From: Lysobacterales bacterium
Lineage (GTDB): Bacteria > Pseudomonadota > Gammaproteobacteria > Xanthomonadales > SZUA-5
Assembly: GCA_046346965.1 (NCBI GenBank)
Contig: JAXMHB010000003.1
Location: 228,778-292,777 of the forward strand
Length of the DNA: 64,000 bases
Direction of reading: 5' to 3'
Below the pieces are notes generated by a model. That model saw only the letters and a program-made list of their open reading frames with translations. It was not told the origin of the DNA and did no database searches. Both the position numbers and the translations under genes were made by a program. How positions within the stretch are numbered: the stretch's first letter is position 1; each line of letters opens with the position of its first letter. Of the stretch, positions 41,132 through 50,507 are shown in pieces.

Positions 41132-42613
41132 TCACTGGCGGCGCGCTTCCTCCAGATCCTGACGCCGTTCGCGCAGCACGATCGGCCGCCACTGCGCCAC
41201 CTGGGCGTCGATGCGAGCGCGCTCGTAGTAATCGAGATCGGTGCGCTGCGCGGTCTGCTCCAGCTGGCGCATGGCGTCCTCGAATTTGCCGCGCAGGAAG
41301 TAGGCCTGGGCGTAGGCCTCGGCCGCCCGTACCTCGAAACCGGCGTTTTGATTGGCGCGGGCGTACAACTCCTGGATCTGCGGATCGTCGGCAAAACGCG
41401 TCATCAGCGGACGCAGCACCTCCACCGCACGGCGTCCGGCCTCGGCGCCATCACGTTCGATCTGCGAACGCGCATAGGCGATCGAGATGACCCGGTGCGC
41501 CGGACGTTCGGCCAGCAGCGCCTGATAGCGCCGATCCGCATCGTCGAACTTGCGCTCGAAGCGATCCACCTCGGCGAGCGCGAGCGCGTAGCTGAGGCGC
41601 GTGGGATCGCGCTCGGCCAGCGTCGCCAGCGCCTTGCGCGCCTCGCCATAGGCCCCAGTGCGCATCTGCGCCAGCGCCAGGCCGTAACTCAGCGCGCGCG
41701 GATCGATATCACGCGAACGCTTGGTGTCATGGTAATAGCGCACCAGCGCCGGCAGGTCACGCGAGGTGAGCACGCGCACGCGCTCGCGCATCAGCGCGAA
41801 CTCGACCGAGGTCTGCTGGGTCCCGCTGCGGAAGCCATCGGCGCGCGCCTTGGCCTCGGCGATGCGCGTCGTGGTGACCGGATGGGTGCGCAGGTACTCG
41901 GGATAGTCATCGCCCTGGGAGCGGTAGATCGCACCGAGTTTGGAGAAGAACGCCGCCATTCCACTCGGATCGAAGCCGGCCTTGGACAGCGTCTGGATGC
42001 CGACTCGGTCCGCCTCCGACTCATTGGATCGGGTGAAATTGATCTGCCGCTGCTGCAACAGCGCCATGCCGCTGACCACTGCCGCCTGCGAGCCATCGCC
42101 CTGCCCGCTGGCGGCCACCGCCAGCGCCAGTGTGCCAAGCAGAATCGGCAAGGCATCCTCGATTGAACTCTCCATCGCCCGAGCAATGTGCCGCTGGGTG
42201 ACGTGCGCGATCTCATGCGCCAGCACCGCCGCCAATTCGCTCTCGTTGTCGGCCGCCAGCATCAGTCCGCTGAAGCTGACCACCACGCCACCCGGCGAGG
42301 CAAAGGCATTCACGATCGGCACGTCGACCATGACGAAGTGAAATTGGGTGTCGGTACGCCCGCTGGCCTGCACCAGCCGGTAGGCCAGCGTCTCCAGATA
42401 CTCGACCAGCTCGGCGTCCTCGATGACGACGTCGTAGTTGCGCAGCGCGCGCATCAGGCCGTCGGAGTACTCGCGCTCTTTCTCTGCAGATAGAATCCGG
42501 CCAGAGGAATCGCCCAGATCCGGCAATTCCGGTGCAGTCTCCGCCGCCAGGGGCGCCAGCGCCAAAGCCCACAAGCACGCAGCGCCTGCTGCCTGCCGGC
42601 ACCAGCCAGCCAT
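41132..42613 (-). CDS. bepA: M48-family metalloprotease with a TPR domain (BepA/YfgC-like)
   Basis: HEIAHV zincin motif and C-terminal TPR repeats. Start chosen at MAGWCRQAAGAACLWALALA (signal peptide). The track ORF start at 42652 would overlap the divergent tusD start. Confidence 0.8.
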   Translation of the reverse strand: MAGWCRQAAGAACLWALALAPLAAETAPELPDLGDSSGRILSAEKEREYSDGLMRALRNYDVVIEDAELVEYLETLAYRLVQASGRTDTQFHFVMVDVPIVNAFASPGGVVVSFSGLMLAADNESELAAVLAHEIAHVTQRHIARAMESSIEDALPILLGTLALAVAASGQGDGSQAAVVSGMALLQQRQINFTRSNESEADRVGIQTLSKAGFDPSGMAAFFSKLGAIYRSQGDDYPEYLRTHPVTTTRIAEAKARADGFRSGTQQTSVEFALMRERVRVLTSRDLPALVRYYHDTKRSRDIDPRALSYGLALAQMRTGAYGEARKALATLAERDPTRLSYALALAEVDRFERKFDDADRRYQALLAERPAHRVISIAYARSQIERDGAEAGRRAVEVLRPLMTRFADDPQIQELYARANQNAGFEVRAAEAYAQAYFLRGKFEDAMRQLEQTAQRTDLDYYERARIDAQVAQWRPIVLRERRQDLEEARRQ

Positions 42614-42635
42614 CCTTCGAGCCGATTCACGATTC

Positions 42636-42983
42636 ATGCGCCTATCCGTCATGCTGCTGAGCGACCCGGCAAGCGGCCTCCACGACCGGCAGGCGCTGAC
42701 TTTCCTGCAGGCGGCACACGCCAGCGGGCATACGCTCGATACCGCCTTCTTTTACCACAACGGGGCTTTGGCGGCTCTGAACTCCGAGCCAGCGACGCGC
42801 GCGGCCTGGACTCGGCTCACCGACTTCGGCTTGCGCTGCATCGTCTGTCGCAGCGCGCTGGCGCGCGCCGGGCACGCGATCGAACGCTTGCCCGAGCCCT
42901 TCCACGCGGGCGGACTGGGCGACTGGATCGAGGCGCAAACCCGCAGCGATCGCGTGCTCAGCTTCGGCGTGTTCAGCCCATGA
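42636..42983 (+). CDS. tusD: Sulfurtransferase TusD (DsrE family)
   Basis: MRLSVMLLS...FFYHNG aligns with the TusD N-terminus. First gene of a tusDCBE-order cluster. Confidence 0.8.
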   Translation: MRLSVMLLSDPASGLHDRQALTFLQAAHASGHTLDTAFFYHNGALAALNSEPATRAAWTRLTDFGLRCIVCRSALARAGHAIERLPEPFHAGGLGDWIEAQTRSDRVLSFGVFSP

Positions 42984-43315
42984 GCCCGCAGCGTGTGCTG
43001 TTGACCGCCGCGCCACCGGCGGTCGAAGGCGACTGGCGCGCGGTCGTCGACTGGCTGCAGGCCGCGGCCGCCTACGACCACCCGCTGGAGATCGCTGCCT
43101 GCGGCGCCGGACTGCGCTGGCTCAGCGGCTGTGACGCCGACTCGGCCGCCGCGCGCGCCGCCTTCAGCAGCCTCGCCCTGCTCGATGTGCAGCGGATCCA
43201 GGTTCCGGCCGGGAGCCAGCTCGACGGCCCGCCGGCTGCCTTCGCGCTGGTGCCGCTTGCGCCCGCAGAATGGCAGACTTGGCTGCGCGATGGCACCCTG
43301 CAGGTGCTGACATGA
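42980..43315 (+). CDS. tusC: Sulfurtransferase TusC (DsrF family)
   Basis: Position and size (111 aa) within the tus cluster. Overlapping start and stop. Confidence 0.7.
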   Translation: MSPQRVLLTAAPPAVEGDWRAVVDWLQAAAAYDHPLEIAACGAGLRWLSGCDADSAAARAAFSSLALLDVQRIQVPAGSQLDGPPAAFALVPLAPAEWQTWLRDGTLQVLT

Positions 43316-43569
43316 AGGCCTGCGTCCATCTGGTGAATGTCTCAGCCGGCCCGCGCTGGGCCGAACTGCTGCAAACCGTGCAGGCCGATGACGTCGTCAT
43401 CTTGCTCGATCTGCGCGGACTGGATCAGCACTCGCCGCTGCCCGTGCGCTGCTGCGCACCGGCCAGCGCCATCGCGGCGGATCAAGCGCCCGTCTGGTGC
43501 ACGCTGATCGATGATCTGACCTGGGCAGATGTGCTGACCGGGGAACGACCGGTGCTGTGCTGGACATGA
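43312..43569 (+). CDS. tusB: Sulfurtransferase TusB (DsrH family)
   Basis: 85 aa, start MKACVHLV. Position within the tus cluster. Confidence 0.7.
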   Translation: MKACVHLVNVSAGPRWAELLQTVQADDVVILLDLRGLDQHSPLPVRCCAPASAIAADQAPVWCTLIDDLTWADVLTGERPVLCWT

Positions 43570-43880
43570 GCGCATGGCGCACCAACGAAGCCGGCTACTT
43601 GCTGGACGCCAGCGATTGGACGCCGGCCTTTGCCGAGCAAGCGGCGCAGCACGAGGGCCTGAGCCTGACCGCCGAGCACTGGCAGGTGATTGATTTCCTG
43701 CGCGATTACTTTCAGCGCTACGGTCTCAGTCCGCCGATGCGCGTGCTGGTCAAGGCGATCGCCCCACTGCTGGGCGAAGCCAAGGCCACCAGCCGCCGTC
43801 TGTACCAGTTGTTTCCCGACGGCCCGGCCAAGCAGGCTTGTAAACTCGCCGGACTGCCCAAACCTGATAGCTGCATTTGA
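43557..43880 (+). CDS. tusE: Sulfurtransferase TusE (DsrC family)
   Basis: The C-terminal LFPDGPAKQACKLAGLPKPDSCI matches the TusE/DsrC conserved C-terminus (GLPKPxxC). Confidence 0.85.
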   Translation: MLDMSAWRTNEAGYLLDASDWTPAFAEQAAQHEGLSLTAEHWQVIDFLRDYFQRYGLSPPMRVLVKAIAPLLGEAKATSRRLYQLFPDGPAKQACKLAGLPKPDSCI

Positions 43881-43895
43881 ACAGCGGAGACCTTC

Positions 43896-44153
43896 ATGGC
43901 CGAGATCATCATGTACACGACGGCGATCTGCCCCTACTGCACCGCCGCCAAGCAGTTTCTGGCGCGCAAGGGCCACACCACGATCACCGAAATCCGCGTG
44001 GACGAGCGACCGGAACTGCGCGAGGAAATGATGCAGCGCACCCAGCGCCGCACGGTGCCGCAGATCTACGTCAACGGCACCCACGTGGGCGGCCATGACG
44101 ATATGGTGGCGCTGGATCGCGCCGGCAAACTGGACGCCCTGCTCGCCGGCTGA
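43896..44153 (+). CDS. grxC: Glutaredoxin 3
   Basis: CPYC active site. 85 aa. Confidence 0.9.
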   Translation: MAEIIMYTTAICPYCTAAKQFLARKGHTTITEIRVDERPELREEMMQRTQRRTVPQIYVNGTHVGGHDDMVALDRAGKLDALLAG

Positions 44154-44162
44154 TGCAGGCAG

Positions 44163-44192
44163 GACGACGACGCCGGCAATGCCGGCGTCGTC
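44163..44192. terminator. Palindromic hairpin GACGACGCCGGCA-a-TGCCGGCGTCGTC between convergent genes
   Basis: Inverted repeat read directly, between the grxC stop and the stop of the minus-strand hypothetical gene. Confidence 0.55.
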
Positions 44193-44199
44193 GCACGCA

Positions 44200-45303
44200 T
44201 CAGTTGCTGATGCGCACCATCACCACGGCCTCGGCATCCGCCTGGCCCGCCAGCTTGTTCAGCGTGTTGTTGCCGAAGCGGGCGACTTCAAGGCCGCCGC
44301 TCAGCAGTGCGCAACTGCGCGGCGGACCATCCGCGCGTGCGCTGTCGATCTGGCACTGCATCTCGTAACCCTTTTGCGGGTCGGCCAGCACCGCCAGCGT
44401 CGGCGTCGACCGATCGGCGCGATAGACCAGCTGAATCAGTACCGTGCTCAGACGTGAGGCGGCATTGGTCGGCGTGTAGGCCCACGTACCGGCCATCGAC
44501 TGACCATCCGGCGCCAGCGCGAAGTTCATCCGTCGCACCGAAATCGGCATCACTTCAACGGCATCCAACAAACCCGGGCCGCTGACTTGCGTGTACCACA
44601 GCACCGCCTGCGAATTGGACAGGAATTCCACATCCAGGGTGCCCACCGGATCGACCGACTGCGGGCCGCGATAGGTGCCCCACAGCGGCTGGCCGCCGAT
44701 CGACTTCAGCAGATCGCCGTGAAATACGCTGCCCGAGATCGAACCCGCACTCAGATACCAGGCGGCCTGCCCGTTCAGCAGATAGGTGTTGGTCGTCAAT
44801 GCCAGCGTGGTGCCCTGGCGCTCGACCATGAAGCCGATGCCACTGCCCGGGCTGGGGAACTCACCCGCACTGTCGGGCGCCCAGAAGCCGGGCTCCGGCT
44901 CGGCAGCGCGCTGATCCGCAGCGGCCACATCGACCACGCGGAAAGCGAGCAGCTTGGGCGTGTTGCTGGCGTCCTTGACCGAGTAGCGGATGCGGTAATC
45001 GACGGCGGCAGGAAAGCCCGCGCCGGCAACCGCGCCGGGGTCCACCGTCACCGAGTAGGGGGTCACCGCTTCGCCGCAGATCTGATCCGAGGGCTTGACC
45101 GAGACGTCGATGTTGGCGCCACTGACCACCACCGGCATCACCTGCAGCGGGCAGGTGTTCGGCCATTCGCCGCTCACGCGGATCTGAAACGCCTGGCCGG
45201 GGCGCGGATTGGCGGGAATGGTTTCGATGCGATGCACGAAAGCCTGGGCGCTGGCGGCCCCCAGCAACAGACTGCCGGCCAGCATCAGTCGATGAGTACG
45301 CAT
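44200..45303 (-). CDS. Hypothetical secreted protein
   Basis: Signal peptide MRTHRLMLAGSLLLGAASAQA. No recognisable domain. Fills the interval cleanly. Confidence 0.55.
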   Translation of the reverse strand: MRTHRLMLAGSLLLGAASAQAFVHRIETIPANPRPGQAFQIRVSGEWPNTCPLQVMPVVVSGANIDVSVKPSDQICGEAVTPYSVTVDPGAVAGAGFPAAVDYRIRYSVKDASNTPKLLAFRVVDVAAADQRAAEPEPGFWAPDSAGEFPSPGSGIGFMVERQGTTLALTTNTYLLNGQAAWYLSAGSISGSVFHGDLLKSIGGQPLWGTYRGPQSVDPVGTLDVEFLSNSQAVLWYTQVSGPGLLDAVEVMPISVRRMNFALAPDGQSMAGTWAYTPTNAASRLSTVLIQLVYRADRSTPTLAVLADPQKGYEMQCQIDSARADGPPRSCALLSGGLEVARFGNNTLNKLAGQADAEAVVMVRISN

Positions 45304-45435
45304 GGATGCAACTCCTGTCCGACTGCCGCCTGACTTACCGACTTTCGGCGAGTTGCTGGCGGCAGACCTCGCCGCTAGTTTACGCGCTCCTTCGGCCCTA
45401 GCGGAAGCCGCGATCTTTACAATTGCGGCACATCA

Positions 45436-46443
45436 ATGAACAAGACGATCACAGTTATACGCGGCGACGGCATTGGTCCCGAGATCACCGACGCCACGCT
45501 GCGCGCGCTCGATGCGCTCAACTGCGGCCTGCAGTACGAATTTGCCAGCGCCGGATTGGTGGCTCATGAACAGGTGGGCAGTCTGCTGCCCGCCGAGACG
45601 CTGGAGTCGATCGGACGCACCCGCGTTGCGCTCAAAGGACCGCTGACGACGCCGGTGGGCGAGGGTTTTTCGTCGATCAACGTGGAATTGCGTCGGCGCT
45701 TCGATCTGTACGCAAACGTGCGTCCCGCCTTGTCTTTTCCGAATACGCGTTCGCGCTATGCCGACATCGATCTGATCACGGTGCGCGAGAACACCGAGGG
45801 CGCCTATCGCAGCGAGGGCCAGACGCTGTCGGCCGATGGCGAGTCGGCGCAATCGCTGATCCAGGTGACGCGCCGGGGCTCCGAACGCATCGCGCGCTAT
45901 GCGCTGGATCTGGCGGTGCGTACCGGCCGCAAGCGCATCACCATCGTGCACAAGGCGAACATCCTGAAAACCACCTCAGGTCTGTTCCTGCGCACCGCCA
46001 AGGCGGTTGCACAGGAATATCCGGACATTGAAATCCGCGAGATGATCGTGGACAACGCCTGCATGCAGCTGGTGATGAATCCGCACCAGTTCGATGTGAT
46101 TGTCACCACCAATCTGTTTGGCGACATCCTGTCGGATTTGTGCGCGGGCCTCGTCGGTGGCCTCGGCCTCGCGCCCGGCGCCAACATCGGCACCGACGCC
46201 GCCATTTTTGAAGCCGTGCATGGATCGGCACCCGACATCGCCGGCAAAGGCATCGCCAATCCAACCGCCTTGATGCTGGCGGCGGCGATGATGCTCGACC
46301 ACCTGGGTGAGCTGGACGCTGCCACGCGTCTGCGCACTGCGATCACTGCCACGCTGGAAGCCAAGGATCGCCTGACCGGCGATCTCGGCGGCAGCGCCAG
46401 CACCCAGGACTTTACGGACGCCGTGGTCTCGCGCTTGAGCTGA
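45436..46443 (+). CDS. Isocitrate/isopropylmalate dehydrogenase family enzyme (NAD-dependent IDH-like, 335 aa)
   Basis: Substrate and metal-binding motifs (VRENTEGAY, NLFGDILSD) of the beta-decarboxylating dehydrogenases. Confidence 0.85.
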   Translation: MNKTITVIRGDGIGPEITDATLRALDALNCGLQYEFASAGLVAHEQVGSLLPAETLESIGRTRVALKGPLTTPVGEGFSSINVELRRRFDLYANVRPALSFPNTRSRYADIDLITVRENTEGAYRSEGQTLSADGESAQSLIQVTRRGSERIARYALDLAVRTGRKRITIVHKANILKTTSGLFLRTAKAVAQEYPDIEIREMIVDNACMQLVMNPHQFDVIVTTNLFGDILSDLCAGLVGGLGLAPGANIGTDAAIFEAVHGSAPDIAGKGIANPTALMLAAAMMLDHLGELDAATRLRTAITATLEAKDRLTGDLGGSASTQDFTDAVVSRLS

Positions 46444-46526
46444 TCGACACCTTTTGAGGCCCAGGCGCGACGCCTGCGGCCTCACACACGCACGGCGCTC
46501 ACCGCTGCCGGCGGCGAGCGTGGCGC

Positions 46527-48599
46527 TCAGCCGAAGTCGTAGGACATCACTTTCTCGGGTTCCTGCAGGAAGTTGCCCTGCACGAAGTTGACGCCGCAGC
46601 TGAACAGGATCGACATGCTCGCCGCGTCTTCGACGAACTCGGCCACGGTCATCCGACCCAGCGCCCGCGCCTGCTCGCACATATCGCGGATCTTGGCCTG
46701 GTTCTCGTTGTTCTTGGCCAACTCCGACATGTAGGTGCGATCCAACTTCAGGTAGTTGGCGCCTACGTGTTTGATCAGCTGGAAGGAATTGAGGCCGCTG
46801 CCGAACTGCTCGAGCGCGAACCCACAGCGCAGCTGCTCCAGACCTTTCTGGAAGAACTTCGCCTGCTTCAAATGGGTCACCACCTTGCTTTCCGGCATCT
46901 CGAAGACCAGCCGGTCACCGGGCACGCGCGCGGCCTTCAGTTGCTGAGCCAACCAAGGCAGCAGCGTGCCATCGTCGATTGCTTGCGGCGTCAATTTGAC
47001 GAAGAAGGTGGTCATCCGGCCCTGCTTGATGCGCTCCTGCAGGATGCGCAGCACGTGTTCGATGACCCAGCGATCGATCTGCGGCAGCAGTCCGAAGCGC
47101 TCGGCGATCGGCAGGAACACGCCGGGCATGATTTCGCCCTTCGCACCGCGCATGCGCAGCAGCACCTCGTAGAACTCGCCCTCGGCGCCCTGCAACGAGA
47201 CGATCGGCTGGTAGAACAGCACGAAACCATCCTTGCCGAGAGCGTTCTTGATCTGGTCCAGCCACTCGCGATCCTTGGCGGCGTCCGCCTTGTCCTGCGC
47301 GGCTGGGTCAAACACCTGTACGCGATTGCCGCCGTCCGCCTGCGCCTGCCGGCAGGCCTCGTTGGCCTTTTCCAGCACCATCTGCGCGCTCGGAATCTTC
47401 TCGGTCAACAAACACAGCCCGACGGTGGCGGTCAGACTGACCGAGCGCTTGCCGACGTCAAAAATGCGCTCTTCAAAGCGCTTGCGGATCTGCTCGGCGA
47501 ACTGGATGCAGGCCTCGTGCGCACGCCCGGCCAGCACCGCCGTGAAAGTGTGGTCGGCGAAACGGGCAATGACATCGTGGGGCCCAGCGATCGATTTGAG
47601 CAGCGCCGCCACATCACCCAGCAACAGATCGGCGCCGCCTACGCCGATCTGGTCGAGCACCTTGCGGTAATTGTCGATCTCGATATACGCCACCGCCTGG
47701 TCGATCTTGCCGCTGGTCGCCGCTGCCACCGCTTTGTCCAACTCGCCCATGAAGTGCTGGCGGTTGTACAGCCCGGTCACCAGATCCTGGCGCTTCAGGG
47801 CATCGAGTTGCTCGGCCAGTTCGGCACTGACGGTCTGCTGGCGGAAGATGATCTGCGTCGCCGGCTCACCCTCGATGCTGGCTTCGGACAGTTCCATCAC
47901 CGCATCAAAGGTACTGCCGTCGGCGCGCTGCGCACGCACGTCCAGCCGTTCGGGCGGCCGCTCGCCCTTGCTGAGCAGTTTGAGCACGGCGCGGAACTTC
48001 TCGGCATGTTCGCTGGCGATCAGATCGAGGATGGCGAGCCCCTCGATCTCGTCGAACTCCTCGTAGCCGAACCTTTCCAGATACGCACGGTTGGCGTACA
48101 CGTGCATGCCTTCGTGCACATAGGCGATCGGGTCGCGCGAGCTGTCGAGCAAGGAATGCGCGCGGCGCTCGCTCTCGCGCCAGGCCGCCTCCATGCGCCG
48201 CAGTCCACGGCGTGCGCTCAGGTTCTCGAACTCGCGCAGCACCACGTGCTGCAGGTGTTCGGGGACCGTGCGCAGTGCGCAGTCGCGGGCGCCATCGCGC
48301 ATCGCCTTCAACACCGCATCCTGCGAGATCGCATCGAGCAACTGGATCAGGACGATGTCCTTGCCGCTGCGATTGACCACCGCGGTCGTTTCCGCCAGCG
48401 AGATCCGCTTGGCCTTCGGGCTGAGCAACACGAGATCGGTACTGCCGGTTTCCAGCGCTGCCTTGAGCTGCTCCGGGTCTTCCACCCGGTTCGGGCGGAT
48501 CGCCAGCCCGGCATTGCGCAACAGGCTGATGACCTGTTCGGCGTCCTCCACCGAATCCTCGACCAGCAGGATGCGCAGAACCTTGTCGGCTTTAGCCAT
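46527..48599 (-). CDS. fimX: REC-PAS-GGDEF-EAL protein with a degenerate GGDEF (ADHTF) and a degenerate EAL (EVL), FimX-like c-di-GMP receptor
   Basis: The domain order and the exact degeneracies (EVL in place of EAL, loss of GG(D/E)EF) match the FimX architecture. Start MAKADKVLRILLVEDS. Confidence 0.7.
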   Translation of the reverse strand: MAKADKVLRILLVEDSVEDAEQVISLLRNAGLAIRPNRVEDPEQLKAALETGSTDLVLLSPKAKRISLAETTAVVNRSGKDIVLIQLLDAISQDAVLKAMRDGARDCALRTVPEHLQHVVLREFENLSARRGLRRMEAAWRESERRAHSLLDSSRDPIAYVHEGMHVYANRAYLERFGYEEFDEIEGLAILDLIASEHAEKFRAVLKLLSKGERPPERLDVRAQRADGSTFDAVMELSEASIEGEPATQIIFRQQTVSAELAEQLDALKRQDLVTGLYNRQHFMGELDKAVAAATSGKIDQAVAYIEIDNYRKVLDQIGVGGADLLLGDVAALLKSIAGPHDVIARFADHTFTAVLAGRAHEACIQFAEQIRKRFEERIFDVGKRSVSLTATVGLCLLTEKIPSAQMVLEKANEACRQAQADGGNRVQVFDPAAQDKADAAKDREWLDQIKNALGKDGFVLFYQPIVSLQGAEGEFYEVLLRMRGAKGEIMPGVFLPIAERFGLLPQIDRWVIEHVLRILQERIKQGRMTTFFVKLTPQAIDDGTLLPWLAQQLKAARVPGDRLVFEMPESKVVTHLKQAKFFQKGLEQLRCGFALEQFGSGLNSFQLIKHVGANYLKLDRTYMSELAKNNENQAKIRDMCEQARALGRMTVAEFVEDAASMSILFSCGVNFVQGNFLQEPEKVMSYDFG

Positions 48600-48731
48600 G
48601 AGTAGCACGAGACCCTACAGACGAGCGCGGGATTTTGACCGAAGTACGGTGCAAATTGCCAGAAACACGGTCGCCTTCTGCCGCACCGGTCGCAAAATCC
48701 CTGCCAGCCGGCGCCGAGGGCGCGTTCAGGC

Positions 48732-49736
48732 TTACAGCAGCACGGTCTTGCTCGGGGCACCCGGGGTCTCGCGCGCCAGCCGCGGCACCAGATAGCCCGG
48801 CAAAGCGGTGCGCAGGGCCCGCAACAATTGGCGCCCGCGCCGCTCGGACACCCGGAAATGCGCGGCGCCCTGCACCCGATCCAGCAGATGCAGGTAGTAG
48901 GGCAACACCTGGTGATCGCCGCAGCGCCGGCTGAGCTCGATCAAGGCGTCGGCGTCGTCATTGACGCCACGCAGCAGCACCGCCTGATTCAGCAGCTGGG
49001 CGCCGGCGCCACGCAATGCCGCCGCTGCCGCGCCCACCTCGGCGTCAATTTCGTTCGGGTGATTTGCGTGCAGCACGATGGTCACCGGCCAGGGCAGTTC
49101 GCGCAGCCAGTCCAGCAGTTCGCCGTCGACGCGCTCGGGCAGCACGATCGGCCAGCGCGTATGCAGGCGCAGGCGCCGCACATGCGGGATCTGCGCCAGT
49201 CCCTGCGTGAGCTGGGCCAGCTTGTGGGTCGCGAGCGACAGCGGATCGCCGCCGCTCAGAATCACCTCGTCGATGCCGGTGTCGCCTGCGATCAGCGCCA
49301 GGGCCTCACGCCAGCCGTCGCGCGCCGCCAGCTCCTCGGCATAGGGGAAATGGCGCCGGAAGCAGTAGCGACAATGCACGGCGCAACTGCCGGTCGCGAT
49401 CAGCAACACGCGGCCGGCGTACTTCTGGATGAGGCCGGCGCTGCGGACCCGCGCCAGATCGCCCACCGGGTCGAGCAAATCGCCCGGCTGCGACTGACCC
49501 TCGGCCGCGAGCGGCAGCACCTGACGCAACAGCGGATCAGCCGGATCACCATGGCGCATTCGCCGGGCGAAAGACTGCGGCACCAGCAAGGGAAAAGGCT
49601 GGGCCTGCGGCGCTACGTCGACCTGCGCCCGGCTCAGTCCGACAAAACCGAGCAGCGCGTCGAGATCGCGGAAAGCATGGCGCAGCGCGTGGGCGTAGCC
49701 GCGCGGCTGCGCGAGCACGGGGGTTGCGGTTATCAT
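48732..49736 (-). CDS. epmB: EF-P beta-lysylation protein EpmB (lysine 2,3-aminomutase-like radical SAM)
   Basis: Radical-SAM CxxxCxxC motif (CAVHCRYC) and KamA-family homology. Divergent from efp. Confidence 0.85.
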   Translation of the reverse strand: MITATPVLAQPRGYAHALRHAFRDLDALLGFVGLSRAQVDVAPQAQPFPLLVPQSFARRMRHGDPADPLLRQVLPLAAEGQSQPGDLLDPVGDLARVRSAGLIQKYAGRVLLIATGSCAVHCRYCFRRHFPYAEELAARDGWREALALIAGDTGIDEVILSGGDPLSLATHKLAQLTQGLAQIPHVRRLRLHTRWPIVLPERVDGELLDWLRELPWPVTIVLHANHPNEIDAEVGAAAAALRGAGAQLLNQAVLLRGVNDDADALIELSRRCGDHQVLPYYLHLLDRVQGAAHFRVSERRGRQLLRALRTALPGYLVPRLARETPGAPSKTVLL

Positions 49737-49927
49737 TGCAGGGTTTCAGCCTTCGGTGCTGCCCCGAAACATCGGGCGGTATACGGTCAGCCTGTGAGTC
49801 ACAGCCGGTGCGCAAGGTGCAGCGCCGCCGCGGCGACGCCATCCTGACCGGAGCCCGGGAGCGCTGGATCACACACCGCCAATCATAGCCGCGCATGAAG
49901 CGCGGACGCGCACAACTGGAGATCGCG

Positions 49928-50497
49928 ATGGCCAGCTATGGAATGAATGATGTCAAGAACGGACTCAAGATCTTGGTCGATGGCGATCCGTACACGATCG
50001 TGGACACCGACTTCATCAAGCCGGGCAAGGGCCAGGCCTTCACCCGCATCAAGATCCGCAACCTAAAGAACGACCGCACGGTCGAGCGCACGCTGAAGGG
50101 CAGCGATTCGGTGGACGGCGCCGACGTGGTCGATACCGATATGCAGTTCCTCTACACCGACGGCGAGTTCTGGCACTTCATGCAGCCGGAGACCTTCGAG
50201 CAGTTCCAGGCCGACAAGGCCGCCGCCGGCGACGCCGCCAAATGGCTGCGCGAGCAGGACATGTGCATCATCACGCTGTGGAACGGCGCACCGCTGTCGG
50301 TGACCCCGCCGAATTTCGTCGAGCTCAAGATCGTCGAGTGCGATCCGGGTGTGCGTGGCGACACCGCGCAGGGCGGCGGCAAGCCGGCCAAGCTGGAAAC
50401 CGGTGCCGTGGTGCGCGTGCCGCTGTTCGTCGAGAACGGCGAGGTGATCCGCGTCGACACCCGTAGCGGCGAGTACGTCGGCCGCGCCGGCAAGTAA
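49928..50497 (+). CDS. efp: Elongation factor P
   Basis: Aligns with E. coli EF-P throughout, including the KPGKGQAF loop with the modifiable Lys. Start MASYGMNDV. Confidence 0.95.
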   Translation: MASYGMNDVKNGLKILVDGDPYTIVDTDFIKPGKGQAFTRIKIRNLKNDRTVERTLKGSDSVDGADVVDTDMQFLYTDGEFWHFMQPETFEQFQADKAAAGDAAKWLREQDMCIITLWNGAPLSVTPPNFVELKIVECDPGVRGDTAQGGGKPAKLETGAVVRVPLFVENGEVIRVDTRSGEYVGRAGK

Positions 50498-50507
50498 GGA
50501 GCAAGCC

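Noticed and set aside
46456-46483. Hairpin GAGGCCCAGGCG-cga-CGCCTGCGGCCTC downstream of the isocitrate dehydrogenase-like gene as a terminator
   Set aside because: No T-tract follows the stem on either strand. Left uncalled.
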